In this document: positions 42,591 to 55,203 of the stretch, piece by piece | Layout of the letters: each line of letters starts with the position of its first letter | How positions within the stretch are numbered: position 1 is the stretch's first letter | Assembly: GCA_946965045.2 (NCBI GenBank) | Contig: OX337231.1 | Span: 1,550,001-1,614,000, forward strand | DNA length: 64,000 nucleotides | Reading direction: 5' to 3' | Source of the DNA: Epithemia pelagica | Lineage: Eukaryota; Protista; Bacillariophyta | Notes under the pieces: model-generated | What the model was told of the DNA's origin: nothing | Seen by the model: the letters and a program-made list of their open reading frames with translations, nothing else | The model's database searches: none | Program-made: the position numbers and the translations under genes

Positions 42591-45500
42591 TCAAGGGCGC
42601 AAGAAGCGACAATAAACCCCGTTGCAGTTGACATCAGTGAACGTGACAACTTGAAAATACGGATTGCACTCGGCAATCTTCTTGAGCCATTCGTTGCAGG
42701 CTCCGCAAGGGTCTAGAGGGTTGAGATCTCGGTTGGACTGAACTACGACCAATGTTCGCCGCTTCGAAGGAGACTTTCCCTGGCCTTTTGTTTTCGTGGA
42801 TTCTGTTGTGTCAATCATTGCTGGTAATTTGGAAAGAGCATTAGAAGACGCATGATGCGAGGAAGAATAGAGCGCAATCTTGCGAACTGGCACAGCGGCA
42901 TCATCCGTGTTGCGAACAGAGGCTGCTCGCAACGAGGAGCTCGAACCCAACGGAACCGATCCCTGTATAGGTCCTGTGTCGGAGTTGAATCCAATCTCAA
43001 AATTGGATTGTTGATGCGAAGATGTACCAGCCATTCCGATCGAATCATCCGCCTCTGATCCAATCGATATTTTACGATCAACAAGCGTAAGATCCGAGAA
43101 CGAACCAGCCATCGTGCTACCACCAAAACTTGCAGTCGAAGCGACACGTTTCATTCCTGGGAGGGAAAACCCAACAGGATCCTCCGTGGATCCTATTACT
43201 GCAGCAGTAGACGCAGAGGCGGAAGCCCCCGTAACGGTGGGAGTCTCAACTTCTTCCAAATTTGGTGGGGGAACTGAGAGAACTGCAATCATTTTTAGGT
43301 GCTCCCTCCTCATATCGGGGTTGGCCGCAAGAGCCGTTCCAATGACGTTGCGCTCAGCGCAGAGTGAACCCGTTGGCATTGAAACCTCCATATTTGTTCC
43401 TCGGTAGAGAATCGCTGGCTCGTTTGGTCTTTGAACCAATAGAACAGCCAGCACTGGCTTTTGTGACTTTCGGATCCAGAACTTTTTGATTTCATTGTGA
43501 GCAGTTTTGAGGGAACGAACCATTTCGTCCTTGAATCTCTTCATTTCGTCGACAACCATCCTCAACTGTGCATCGGAAATGTGGTGAACATCAACGGCTG
43601 GCGATATGTCCATGGCCTCAAACGAGTACACTTCGATGTCGTCGTCCACAATTTTGGATTCATGCCAGAAGGTTTTCAGTTGCCTGTCCCAAGTGTCCCA
43701 ATGTGAGAGGGAAAACGTGAATGTTGTAGCTAACATGAAAGGGAACGTACCATATGTGAAAGAACGCCGGTCGGTAGTGTCGTAACCCTGCTTGGATTGC
43801 ATACGTCCGTGCAGGAGACCCATCGGCAAACGAAAGAGTCACCTGGAAGGATTGTCGCCAGTCAACGTCAAAGGAATGATCTCCTTTCTCAGGTGTATGT
43901 GTCGCTTAATCTGGATACGGCAAGCCGCGGGCATGGGCATCTCGGTAGGCATTGATAACGGGAATAAGCTCTTGTTGCACAAACACCATATTCTCATCGT
44001 ACCGAAAAATATTTGTGTCCGAATGAATCTTGACCACTACAATATCTGGATCGAGACGGTGGACGCACTTCTCCATTAGATCTGCGCAAGCCTGTGTCGA
44101 ATTCCCCTTGACCGAGTGCGTCCAATTTCGAGGTGTTCCAACCCCAGTCACAAGAATCAATACTCGTTTTACACTCTGGAGACGGTATTTCTCTGTGATT
44201 TGTTGCTCCCAATGGGGTAGCAATGTGGCAAGAAGAGGAAAGAATACATGAGAAACTGGAAATTTGACTGTTTCCCCGTTGTCGCTCTCGGGGACAGGTT
44301 CTCCGTCTGGGAAAACTTTGATGTGGTCTCTGCCGCGCACGCGAACCTCGTGGAGATCCGCCACCACTGGTCGGGAAGTGCTGTAAAGATGTAGACCAGT
44401 CGGGATGGGTACACCTTGACTGGGTTCACTGAGGATTGAATATCGAGGGTGGTCAACGGCTCGTTGATACCTTGGAAAGCTCACAATCTCATCTTCCTTG
44501 GTGAGATTCTCCAGAACGGCTCGACAGTAATGATCAAAGAAAGAAAAGCGAGGGCGACACAAACAATAAGGATCACGACTTTCGGGAGCATTTTTGGTGG
44601 AGAGCTCAACTTGTTCGGCAGAAACCATGTTTTCACGTTCCTCGGTGTGGATTGTCGACGCACGGGCATCCAGATCGGCTTCCAAGCTCAAGACAAGATC
44701 TGTGTGAGAAACGTTGTGTACCAGAATTTCAAGATATCGTTTGTTGGATTTGTCCAACTGAGAACCAGAAAATGGTTCTGAGGAGGCCACAGTCTTCGGG
44801 TGTGAGTTTTCTACCACAGATTCTGAAGGAGGACGTTTCTCGCGCACAAACGTTCCCAGACTCCGATCGAAAATTTTCTCCTCGTCATTGTCAGGGACGT
44901 ATCCATAGGTTTGCCTGTCTCTTCGTTCGTCTTGTGGTGGTGGTGGTGTGCTGCTGTCGATGTTGTTCTGTTCTGACACTGAGAAGTTGCGCCACAAAGC
45001 TGCAATGCCCATCATACAAGCCATAAGCCATGGTCCCACTTCATCACTCTCACGACGGGAGGGTGAGAGGCTAGGGAACAGCATGAAGTAGAAGAGTATC
45101 CAACAAGGCGATTCTGGGGAAAACTGTGGCAACCTGTCCAGTCCGAGCTCTCTTCCAGTCATCATTCCTTTGTTCGGCTGCAATGTCGATGCGTCAACGC
45201 TCTGTTGGTATTGCTGGATGGCATGCAAGCCTAACAAGCCCGAACACCACAGAATCCATTGAGCCGACTTTTGGAAGGCGTTGTTGCCCGTCCTCCACAA
45301 GAGAGAACATCCACCGATTCCCAACAGCAATGCTATGGAGCCAGTGGAGTTTCCAAACGGTCGAAATGACTGTGAGAGTACGTTTGCGGTTGTCAAGGCG
45401 GTCTTGTGGTTGTCCTGTCGTTGGTTGTCCCCTCCTTTGGTTGACCACAAATGAAAGGCAATCATAGTTGATGTTGCACCCCATAACAACGACAATCCCG

Positions 45501-45669
45501 TCGCAGCGGCCCACCACCACGACCCGGTTGGTGAAAGTCGGAAGCTGGATGGAGATTCAAGGCTTGATGTCATTGTGTCTAGTACGAACCGTTCACCAAC
45601 CAAAAACCAGTCGATGGGTGAAACTCTCAGCAGGAAAAAGTAGTATGTCGTATGCTTGCATTTCAACAA
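42591..45669 (-). pseudogene. Membrane-anchored cytidine-deaminase-like gene interrupted by an in-frame TAA at 43906-43908 (intron 43750-43684)
   Basis: The frame reads PYPD*ATHTPEK..SFQVTLSFADG continuously to a GTACGT donor; zinc motifs CAERN and PCGAC downstream. Pseudogene status is uncertain (could be an error or an allele). Confidence 0.65.
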
Positions 45670-46136
45670 TCAGGATCTTCTTCGGCGCTGGAGTCACCCA
45701 TTTGTCATTTTATAACAAGCCTTGATTGGACGGGAGACAGAAACGACCTTGGCGTCGAGAAGTCATGTCCAAATTCCAACATACAGCGCACATCGTCATC
45801 GAAACATCAATGAACGAATCTCCGCCGCGAGATCACTTTCGAGCGTACCCGGCACCGGTGGCAATGGCACCCCGTGCGCGTGCGAGTGTCGTCTTTGTCT
45901 ATGTCTATTACCTTACGTTCTTCGGCTCCACTATTCCAACTACTCCTATCTAGGAGTAGGAGTAGAGGACTGCGAATATAATCGTCTAATCGATCACCAT
46001 CCTACAATCACTAGAAGTCATTGACCCAACCAACGAAATAAGTCAAAGAGTAGAGTAAGTGGGCCGTTAGTGTAATGTACAAAATCAACAAAGGAAGGGA
46101 ATGCAACGAAATAGATTCAATCAGATTCAAAAGGAT

Positions 46137-47942
46137 CTACAAAGTGGCGATTGTTCCTGTGATTGCAATGAAGAAGCCAATAAGGACAAAACTCCAATCC
46201 AAAAGTTTCTCCCACCATGAAAGCCTTTCTCCAAACATTTGGAGATGCGCCCCGGCCGGTAAAATGATACTGACGCACATGGTACATATCATTCCCACCA
46301 AGGCACACAGATAGGAAAATGAGGGGACAAAGATGGAGACTGCCAACGCCATGCCGGTAAGAATAATCTTAACAGCTGCGGCAGCCACTGCCGTTGCGTT
46401 GTCCGAAGTCAAGTACGGCGCAATAATCTCTTCCACGCCAAGAGCCAAGGGAAACATGGTCAAGGTTGTCTTCGAGAAGGCCGTCAAAATCATGAGCCAC
46501 ACGAGCCCCTTCATCACAACGTTGGCCTGAATTACTTCTTCCATGGACAAGGTTACCTGGTCTGCCACCATGTTGCCGAACATGTAATATCCGGCCATTC
46601 CAACAGCCCAGCAGCATATCGTCACGGCAACGAATGTGAGGGTGGCCATTTGGTCAAACTTTTGAGGCTCCTTCATCGAGCGGTAGATGGAAGGGACAAT
46701 TGCATGGCCACTGAAGCAATAAGCCACCAGACCAAGTGCTAGTGTCATGCCCGAAGTCTCCCAGAGACTGTGGTGTGGCTTCTCATCTTCAATGCCTTTT
46801 GCTTCAGCCAATTCGGCTGTTAAATCTCCCTCCACCAAGGCAGCAACTATGACGGAGCAAACAACAGAAACTGTCGCCACAGTTCCAACCATGCTGAGGT
46901 AGGAGAGAAGTGTAGGAGTTCGGAGAAGAATTGCAGGGATCACCGATACAGAGGCAACAATGATCATGTGTATTGTCATCGAGACCATTGGGAAAATCTG
47001 ATGAAGGTGATCACCCATTGTCACAAAGAAAATGCATATGCAGGAGAAAAGCTCAAAATACAAGACAACGCTGAGAATGATGCTTCCGGCTCCGCCAAAC
47101 GAAACACGGGCAATTTCGGGAAACGAAGATGCGGGTGGGAGCATCCGCGCGGCTGGAATGGACCCTGGCTGGTGTGGAGATTTGTACGGCGAATCGTCAA
47201 AGAAGGAACTAGGTCGTGGATCCCCGTTCAATTCTTGCCCAATCAAAATTGTCGTCCTCCATGCCATAAAGGCAAACAAGAATACACAAACAGAGCCTCC
47301 AACCAGACCGGCGACTCGGAAGGCATATGGCAACCCCAGCAGTCCAACTCCCATCAGAATGTTGGCCAAGTTGAAGGCAGATTGTGTCACTGAAGATTTC
47401 TCTTCTTTAACGGGTCTGGCTTCCTTCGCTTTTCGCTGTTGCTCCACTGACGCAACTTCTCTTTGATAACCAGGACTCTTTGTGGCGTCGTACTTTTGCT
47501 CTGCAAGAATCTTGGCGCGATACTGTTTCGCCTTTCCGGCACGAGCCGCCTGTTGTGTCATGGTAGCAGGAAAATCGAGACTTTGTACCTTGGCAAGCCC
47601 CATGCCTTGAAACCGATCAAAATCGCTGTGCCGGTGAGACGGCAACACCTGTCGGATATCCGGAGAGTAGTAACCTCGGCGAAAATTCTGTCTTCTATTC
47701 AAGGCCAGCGGTGTTGAGCCTGGCCTCGGACTCTTGGTGTACATGTCGGCTTCTCGTTGAGATACAATGGGCGAGGCAAGGAGTCCAATCGAGCGCTCGA
47801 ACGTGGATGGCCATGGTTGAGACAACTCATCCCAGAGCCTTTGCGTCATATCACTTTCCGTTGAGGCCTGGCTAGTTGTCTCACTGCTGCTCTGGTTGAT
47901 GCCGTCGGAAAGGAGCGGCGCTTCTTCATTGTCGCCGCTCAT
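46137..47942 (-). CDS. Amino acid/auxin permease (Aa_trans, AVT1-like vacuolar type)
   Basis: AFNLANILMGVGLLGLPYAF, YCFSGHA, about 11 TM segments; N-terminal EEAPLL dileucine signal. Confidence 0.92.
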   Translation of the reverse strand: MSGDNEEAPLLSDGINQSSSETTSQASTESDMTQRLWDELSQPWPSTFERSIGLLASPIVSQREADMYTKSPRPGSTPLALNRRQNFRRGYYSPDIRQVLPSHRHSDFDRFQGMGLAKVQSLDFPATMTQQAARAGKAKQYRAKILAEQKYDATKSPGYQREVASVEQQRKAKEARPVKEEKSSVTQSAFNLANILMGVGLLGLPYAFRVAGLVGGSVCVFLFAFMAWRTTILIGQELNGDPRPSSFFDDSPYKSPHQPGSIPAARMLPPASSFPEIARVSFGGAGSIILSVVLYFELFSCICIFFVTMGDHLHQIFPMVSMTIHMIIVASVSVIPAILLRTPTLLSYLSMVGTVATVSVVCSVIVAALVEGDLTAELAEAKGIEDEKPHHSLWETSGMTLALGLVAYCFSGHAIVPSIYRSMKEPQKFDQMATLTFVAVTICCWAVGMAGYYMFGNMVADQVTLSMEEVIQANVVMKGLVWLMILTAFSKTTLTMFPLALGVEEIIAPYLTSDNATAVAAAAVKIILTGMALAVSIFVPSFSYLCALVGMICTMCVSIILPAGAHLQMFGERLSWWEKLLDWSFVLIGFFIAITGTIATL

Positions 47943-48534
47943 GGTTCACGTTGTTTCTGACTAAGCAAGCAAGTTCGCTTTCTCGTTCTCAGGGAACGGA
48001 TCGTCAATGTTTGTTCTCCGACGACGAATCTATGGCACGTTCGAGATCCTCTTTGGTGCGACAACTAGTGGGGATTGTGGGGTATTAGTGGAATTAGTGG
48101 AAGCAGATTGAACCAACGGGCTCAAACATTCCTCCAAACCTTATCTGTCATTGACAGCGCACAGGTCCACAGTTCTTGTTTATTTTATGCAGGTGGTGTG
48201 GTGTAAAAAAAAGATGGCTCAACGGGTGGAGGGAGAAGATGCCCCCAAAATAAGCCATATGGTATTTGCGGCAAAGACATCATTCATTCGTACTTTCTGA
48301 TATACAGCTCGACGTAGGCTTAAGTACAAGACGCCAGGCGATTCGCTTTTAGAAGTTTGGGGGACACAGTTCGGACACAATAATTGGTGTAATTGGTACG
48401 TATGTGAGGTGAGATCTAAAAAAGAGAGGCACAAAAACTGCGAGTTTTGTCACTCGTCGTAACTTGAAAAATATACAAAATATGCATTAATCGATTTAAC
48501 ACTATGCGATGCGCATACTCGATCAATTGGAAGA

Positions 48535-51500
48535 TTAGTTTGTATCCAGGCTTCTAACAATCAAATTGGCAGGAACCACAGCCACATCGCCATCATCGTA
48601 CAAAATTTGGTACTTTCCTTCTCCAAGAACACGAGATATCACCCCTGGAAATGTGCCGTCATTCATGGCCCTGGGGAAGTAGGCAATCACACGGTCGCCT
48701 TCGTTCCAGCCATTTCCCGGTGCACTGGACGACCTGCGGATCATTTCGTCTGGCAATCTATAAAAGACTTGTCCATCCTCCAGGGATTCGACATCGTAAG
48801 TCATGTCGTCCTCATGAAACTCAATGACTTGGCAATTCACAAAGGGTGCTTCTTCCATTTCTTTTGCGGCTACCTTCTCGCCCACGGTATACGGGAAAAA
48901 CCGTCGGACGCACTCTCGACACAGGTTCCTGTCTATATCATCGTCGGCATAAACAACATCCCAACCATTCATGTCGAGTGAAGTAGAAACTATAGTCCCT
49001 TTGTACCATTCTGTGCATGACAGACCAGCGGTTAGGAAGGAACGGAGATATCACATTAAGCAATTCAGTCCAGTCCACTTACCATCAAATTGCCCTTTGT
49101 ATTTCCCTTCGACAGAGTCGCCAACTTGAAGCCACGCGCCCGGAAAAGGCTCCCCGAGTCCCACTCGAGGAGGAATACCATTCCGTTCGGGCCGTTCAAG
49201 TTGCAATGTGACAATACGATTGACAGGAGAGAGAATCTTTGGACCCACCATTTTAGAGGTGTTGTTTGAATCGTTCTTCTTGCCATACGAAGTTCGCTTC
49301 AAAAGTTTGGATTTCATATCCTCCAAGTGGTCCATTGTATAAGAACTCAAACCTCTGGCGTTCCTCCAATATCCAAACTGCACTTCGGAAAAGAGAAAGT
49401 CGACCCACTTTACCACATGGCCCGCGACAGGGTTAACCTTGCTTCGTAGCGCCACGTCGCACTTGTTCATGGCCATGTCCGTCGTCATGACTCCCCATTC
49501 ATTTTCCTGGTTCTTGGTCAAGAAGCGTCCCCCGGTTTGCTCAACGCGTGATACCAATTCACTACATAGAGCGTTCTGGAGAGAAGAGCCCATGTTGTTG
49601 TAATTGACGTAAGAAGCATCCACTTCCTGTCTCCACAAGCTGTTTCCACCATGAGTGTAGTCCAGCACTTCTGTATAGCTGCCGAGATAGGAAGATTGGT
49701 ACTCGCTCGTGTCCACAACATCTTCATCATTGACAAGTGTCGAAGGAACATCGAGACGGTTCGAGTAATCGAAACGTTCCGAATTGAAGGACAACTCCTG
49801 TTTCAGATTGCGCGCCCAGGTTTGACGTTCCATACTCTGCAAATACAACCATGCACCAAATGCAATCACCGCATGTCCCAATACCATACGTCGAACCGGT
49901 CGATACAAAGATGTGCGAAAGCCACAGGCGCAATAAAAAACGTTGGCCACCAGCAAGAGTCCTGCAAACGCAGCGGCCATCACTCGATAGGATGTTTCTG
50001 CAAGTTGAAAGGTCTTGTCAATCATGGTGGTTCCAAAGACTTCCCAGGGGCTTGGGGTATCATCTTCATAATACTTGGTTGGTGATCCATACGTCGACTT
50101 GGTGCCTCGAATCACTTGAGGGATCCAGTCGAAGTCACCATTGAACAATCCGTCAAAAAAGTCATCACTGCTATATCCGAGTTCCTCCTGTGCAACTCGT
50201 TGGTGGGTCACAGTCCAAAAGTCCCATCCCCAGTTTCTATTAGGAGGCTTGAACAAACCCATGGATCTCAATTGACGAAAGGGTGCCTTCATGCGTCGTT
50301 CCGGATCGGCAAAATCCGACAATGTGTGTCCCCACTGCGACCAATGAAGAGAATAGGATCCGCCCGATCCCAGAATGCGTGTTTCGACGGCGTGTCGGTT
50401 CCATCGCGGACGAGGAGCAAAGGTCAAAATAAACAAGACGCGCTCCGGTCCATTGGGATCCATGTGTTCGGCTCCCATGTGCAGCGTTTGTTGGTTGACC
50501 AAGGCACCCCATCCAGCCGGCCAATTGTTTTGCGGCCCCGAGGCTTGGACGCCGTTTTCGGCACAAAATTCAAAGGCGCCCGTGGCGCACATGTGCGTCC
50601 CGGGACAAATCCTCGTGGCGCCCATTTCGGCCGTGGTGTTTTGGATTGGAATAAACAACGAGTAGGACGGAACGAAGTTGCGAGCAAATCTCTGAGCACT
50701 TCCTTGGGGGATGACATCGGCATGCATGTCTTGAGCAGTTGCTCCATACGCCGAGGTGATACACGTAAATTCAATGACTATCGATACAAGAACGGACAAG
50801 TAGCACGTACGGAACGTGAGACAAACTGCCTCACCAATTCATTGTCGAAAAGCTCCTCCCACTTACCAGCAGGATCGGGTCCGATAATTTCCTCCAAGGC
50901 AGCCACCAGCCGCTTGTTGCCAAGGACTTCTTTCAGTGCCTTGGGAATGGACGGGTCTTGGTCGACTTGCACTCCAAAACTGTATCGATTTTCATTGGCA
51001 ATAACCTTGATCATATCCTTGCCCATTCGGTTTTGTTTCACGACAAAATCTCGGACTTGTCGCGCCGTGTCGGGGCTCAGAACATTAGGGTAGAGTGTTG
51101 CGCCATGTGTCAACATTTTCCGTTTGGCATCCAAGGACGAATCTGTGGGCTGAAACACAAGCTCCGGATCATCCATGGAAAAGGCGGTTTGATGTTCCGG
51201 GTCACAGTGTCGTCCATAGTAGGTGTTTTCTTGCGCCCATCGCTCTTGAGACCATGTTTCTGCGTCATATTGTGGAATCCAGTATTGGTCTCGCATGCGC
51301 ACCAAAATAGCACCGATGCAAAGACCAGTGAAGCAAAGCAACACTGGCACGTCCAAGAGGACGGTTCGAAACAAGTGCCCGAGAACTTTCAAGACCATGT
51401 TGGTGTCTTTCTTGGTGCTCTTTTTGGAACGGTCGGAGAACAATGTCCTTGGTTTATTGCCTGTCGACGACGTCTTCTTGGTCTTTTCTCCATTGCCTTG

Positions 51501-51653
51501 AGCTTGTTGCGGTGTCCTCGACGGAGACGACAACATGACAAAGGGCGGATCACGACGACCTCGGGGCGACGAATGACGGTTGGGTGACTGTGTCACCGAT
51601 ATCGGTGCACTTTGAGCCGGCGAGGAGAGTGGAGGTGGTGTGACGAGGACCAT
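48535..51653 (-). CDS. PhyH-type dioxygenase + DUF6824-like + three Tudor-like domains, paralog 1 (exons 51653-50867, 50777-49083, 49010-48535)
   Basis: Two in-phase GTAAG introns; HAD...LH triad; GN..WR...GGRFL; YDDGD barrel. Confidence 0.85.
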
Positions 51654-52304
51654 GATATGATGGCGCCAGTCCAGTGTTAAGACAGTTTCTACTGGGATTT
51701 GGGTGTTGTCGTTGTTGTTCCAATGGTGGGTTGATCAAAAAAAAAATATGACTGCTTGTGGAGGAGGCAACGGTTGCTTCCGATCGTTTTTTCCTTTGAC
51801 CCAAATGCGAATGCCTCGAATCCTCTTGCTTTCTTGTCGGCGGGTTCGGCGTCCTTTGGCGCGCCAGATTCGTCGACGCATGCCGACGTTTACTATAGCC
51901 CTTCTGGGATTGAGTATGCTGAAATTTCTATTCATTCACGAAAAAGATACGATTGGCACCGGGCGAGCCAATTTTCTCCCTTCCCCTTCCCATCAATGCA
52001 GCACAGCCTATTGCTGCACACAACGGATCACCCTGGATGCACTTTTTTTGTCCAATCAATCCGAACCCAGTCCTTTTGGAAGGCCAAGGCTCCATGGCAA
52101 ATCCGAACTCGCGCCAGTTTTCAAACCGTATCCGTAATGAGGATGTGTATCTTGTGTGGCATGACATGACTTCTTCTCAAGAAGAAGCTGCTTCAGCAGG
52201 ACCAGATTCGGATTTCATACACTATCCGTGTTCGAACATACATTTGACTGCCGATCCAGCAAAGGGAGAATCTACCATTGTTTGTGTGGAGGTATCATTC
52301 AAAA

Positions 52305-55025
52305 ATGATTGTTCCAGTTCTTTGCGACCATGATCCCAAACGGACGGGTGGTTACGAGCGCCACTCTGCAAGCCACAACACCACCGTTTCCAAGTTTGTC
52401 CTACGGTGGATGCGCTTTGTTCTACTGGAATTTCCCGTGGTTCTTTCCTTTACGGGTGTGTTGATTCTTTACGGCATTGGAATCCTCCACGACAAGTATT
52501 ATGTGCCCCTCATGGATCGATCGACACGGACGGATGCCGATCTCCAACAAGAAATTACCTATTATCATCGTACCTGTACGGCCGCTGATATTACGACTCA
52601 AGATGCCGCAGACGTCTTGGCCAATCCTCGTGCCCCCGTGTCCCAAAGTGTCGATCAAATCATGACGCATGGAGCCCTGGTCATTCCCCAAATTTTGAAA
52701 CCCGAAACAGTACGAAACTTGCGGGACTATGCCGTCTATCGCAACCGTGTCATTCCCGAACACGAACAGTATCCCGTTTCGCAGGGTCACAACCGTATTT
52801 CCTTTGGATACGATGCCACCCAACATCCAGCCTTGGTGCAAGCCGTTCGAGAAGTAACACAGCACAAGTTCCTCAAGAAGCTTTTGACGGCTCTACTGGG
52901 TGATGTGGATCCTGCATCCACGGAAATCACCACCATTACTCAGTCCTATGGAGCACCAGAAATGTATTGGCATCCCGACACCAAACCAGATGGCAATGCC
53001 GTCAAATTTTCAAGAACCTACAGTCATTCCTTTTCCCTCTTTGTGTCCCTCCAGAATACCACCAAGGAAATGGGTGCCACCAATTTTTGTTTTGGTTCCC
53101 ACTTTTGTGCTGATGACGATTTGGAAGAATTGTGTGAAGGACATGCCGTGGGTTTGCATGCGGCCACACCCGAACAGGTCTTTCGTGCTGGAGATGGTGC
53201 CATGTTCAATCAACATACCTGGCACGCCGCACCGCCACACGTCGACCCTCATGCCCCTGACCGTATCATGTTTATCATGTCCTTTCTCGCAAGACCCAAG
53301 CCAAACCTCGATCAACGGCAATTGTCACGAGGCACCTACTTTCATCAAAAATGGAACATGTGGGGACACACCTGGAGCGACTTGGTGGATCCCCTCCGCT
53401 ACATGTCCAAACCCTTCTCCTATCTCAAGTGTCTGAGTCTCTGGTCTGCTAGTTCCAACTGGGGATACGACCTCGTGACCGCAACGTACATGAGATTTTC
53501 GAATGGCCAACTAGGTGCTGACTTGAGCAGACTGATTCACATATGGGACAATATTCTTGAGTGGCCGACCTGGTTGCATGGACGCAACCTGGAATATGAA
53601 GTGGAAGAGAAGGAAGCGTGGCAGACGTTTATTCAAGAAACCATTGAGATCTTGACGCACTACGCAGAGGTGTTGGCCCTTGCTTTACATGCATTTTATA
53701 TCCTCTTTTTATTCGGAATGTGGTTGTCAACAAGATCTACGCAAGATGAGAATCATTCCAGTCGGGCGTCAATTTTCGTCAGGTCTACTGCATTTCGCAT
53801 CTGTTGTACGCATGGGATTGTTGCGACTTTGTTCTTCCTTTCAATCGAATGGGTAGACAGGTCAGACTGGGCACAAGGCGTTACAAGTGGCCAAGTATTG
53901 AAGCGTCCCTTTCCACCATTTTCGGAACCCACGGAGGAAGAGGAGCAGATTGAAAAACGAAGGGGGTCTCTCACGACACTCCCAATGGGCAACGATGTCT
54001 TGTTTGTTGAACGGTACGATGCTCCTTGGTTGGGAGCCTATGAGCACTGGTTAGATTGGCATCGAGGAAACCGAATCTTTCTGGAAGCAGTACAGGAACA
54101 GGGTCCCTGGTTTGTGCGCCACAAAGACTTTCCAGCGCTGCAAACACACATTGTTGAAGAGTTGCAACGAGATGTCGCAAGGAATGGAGCTCGTTTCTTG
54201 AAGCAAGATGTCCGAACCGGAGATTGGAGGATACTGACAGGTATGGATCGGGTGGAGAGGTTACAAAACGAGCTGGTGTACAGTGGAAGGCCGCTTCTTC
54301 ACAGGATACAAGAGGTATCCAAGCGCATGATTGCTTTCTATCGATTCACAAGTTCACTCAGAGGTTCCGCCATGGCGAAAAAGTCTGTTATATTTCTTTC
54401 TCTTTTGCAAAAAAGACTCGTCCCCCTGTTTATTTCGCGCCGTGTACAAGACAACCGGCCAACCAACTCGGATCTTTCATCAATATCATCCGTCAAAGCA
54501 CCCAAGCCCATGTCTGCCTTTGCGTCACTGACAAGAAGAATCCTCCCTTCTCAAGTAAAAGCAGTCGCAGTCGGTACGCTGAAGTCTCGAAGCTTCGTTC
54601 GCCCATGTTTGCAAGAGGAGGAACCATTTCCTGTTGGAAGCAGCGTCTTGTTTAAGCAATTTCACGGGAAGCGTGGATGGGAATGGGTCGAGGCAGACGT
54701 TTTGGGTCATCATGAAATCGCAACAGAGGAGGAACATTACTCAGTATCACTGGAGACGGGCGAAACGGTTCCTGTTGCACTTCCAGAACGACTAAGAAAC
54801 TTTCAACCCATCACACAGGGAGATCTGGTCGAGGCGTGTTTTGAAGAGGGGTTGAAAGACTGCTACGAGGCGGAAGTGTTACGGGTAATTGCGGATGGCT
54901 CCGTCTGGGCGTTGCTCCTAGAATCTGACGAGGATGAAGAAGACTCTACGTATATGTTTTTCCAAGATGAGTATTACAAACCACTCAGCCAAGTTGCGTC
55001 TGACGAGCAAAAATGTCCTGAATAA
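52305..55025 (+). CDS. PhyH-type dioxygenase + DUF6824-like + two Tudor-like domains, paralog 2
   Basis: WHPD...WH triad, DRIMF; DVLF...WHRGN..F...GARFL; a further upstream exon is possible. Confidence 0.88.
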   Translation: MIVPVLCDHDPKRTGGYERHSASHNTTVSKFVLRWMRFVLLEFPVVLSFTGVLILYGIGILHDKYYVPLMDRSTRTDADLQQEITYYHRTCTAADITTQDAADVLANPRAPVSQSVDQIMTHGALVIPQILKPETVRNLRDYAVYRNRVIPEHEQYPVSQGHNRISFGYDATQHPALVQAVREVTQHKFLKKLLTALLGDVDPASTEITTITQSYGAPEMYWHPDTKPDGNAVKFSRTYSHSFSLFVSLQNTTKEMGATNFCFGSHFCADDDLEELCEGHAVGLHAATPEQVFRAGDGAMFNQHTWHAAPPHVDPHAPDRIMFIMSFLARPKPNLDQRQLSRGTYFHQKWNMWGHTWSDLVDPLRYMSKPFSYLKCLSLWSASSNWGYDLVTATYMRFSNGQLGADLSRLIHIWDNILEWPTWLHGRNLEYEVEEKEAWQTFIQETIEILTHYAEVLALALHAFYILFLFGMWLSTRSTQDENHSSRASIFVRSTAFRICCTHGIVATLFFLSIEWVDRSDWAQGVTSGQVLKRPFPPFSEPTEEEEQIEKRRGSLTTLPMGNDVLFVERYDAPWLGAYEHWLDWHRGNRIFLEAVQEQGPWFVRHKDFPALQTHIVEELQRDVARNGARFLKQDVRTGDWRILTGMDRVERLQNELVYSGRPLLHRIQEVSKRMIAFYRFTSSLRGSAMAKKSVIFLSLLQKRLVPLFISRRVQDNRPTNSDLSSISSVKAPKPMSAFASLTRRILPSQVKAVAVGTLKSRSFVRPCLQEEEPFPVGSSVLFKQFHGKRGWEWVEADVLGHHEIATEEEHYSVSLETGETVPVALPERLRNFQPITQGDLVEACFEEGLKDCYEAEVLRVIADGSVWALLLESDEDEEDSTYMFFQDEYYKPLSQVASDEQKCPE

Positions 55026-55203
55026 ACTTGAAGGGATGACTATAGCAGGCGAATGCCCATGCTCTTGTAGAGAACAACATATAGTAGTTTGTAGTTTATG
55101 ACAAACCCACTTTCGAAGTCACTGTGTCCTTATATGTCTGGTCTTCCGTCCGATGACGATGCGACGCACCTGCGTCCACTGATAGGTGATCCAAGCTCTA
55201 TGG

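Noticed and set aside
50116-51587. 325-aa and 209-aa plus-strand ORFs
   Set aside because: Antisense shadows of dioxygenase paralog 1 with no motifs
51953-52333. 126-aa ORF upstream of paralog 2
   Set aside because: No motif and no clear in-phase splice junction; could be a UTR or an unrecognised exon
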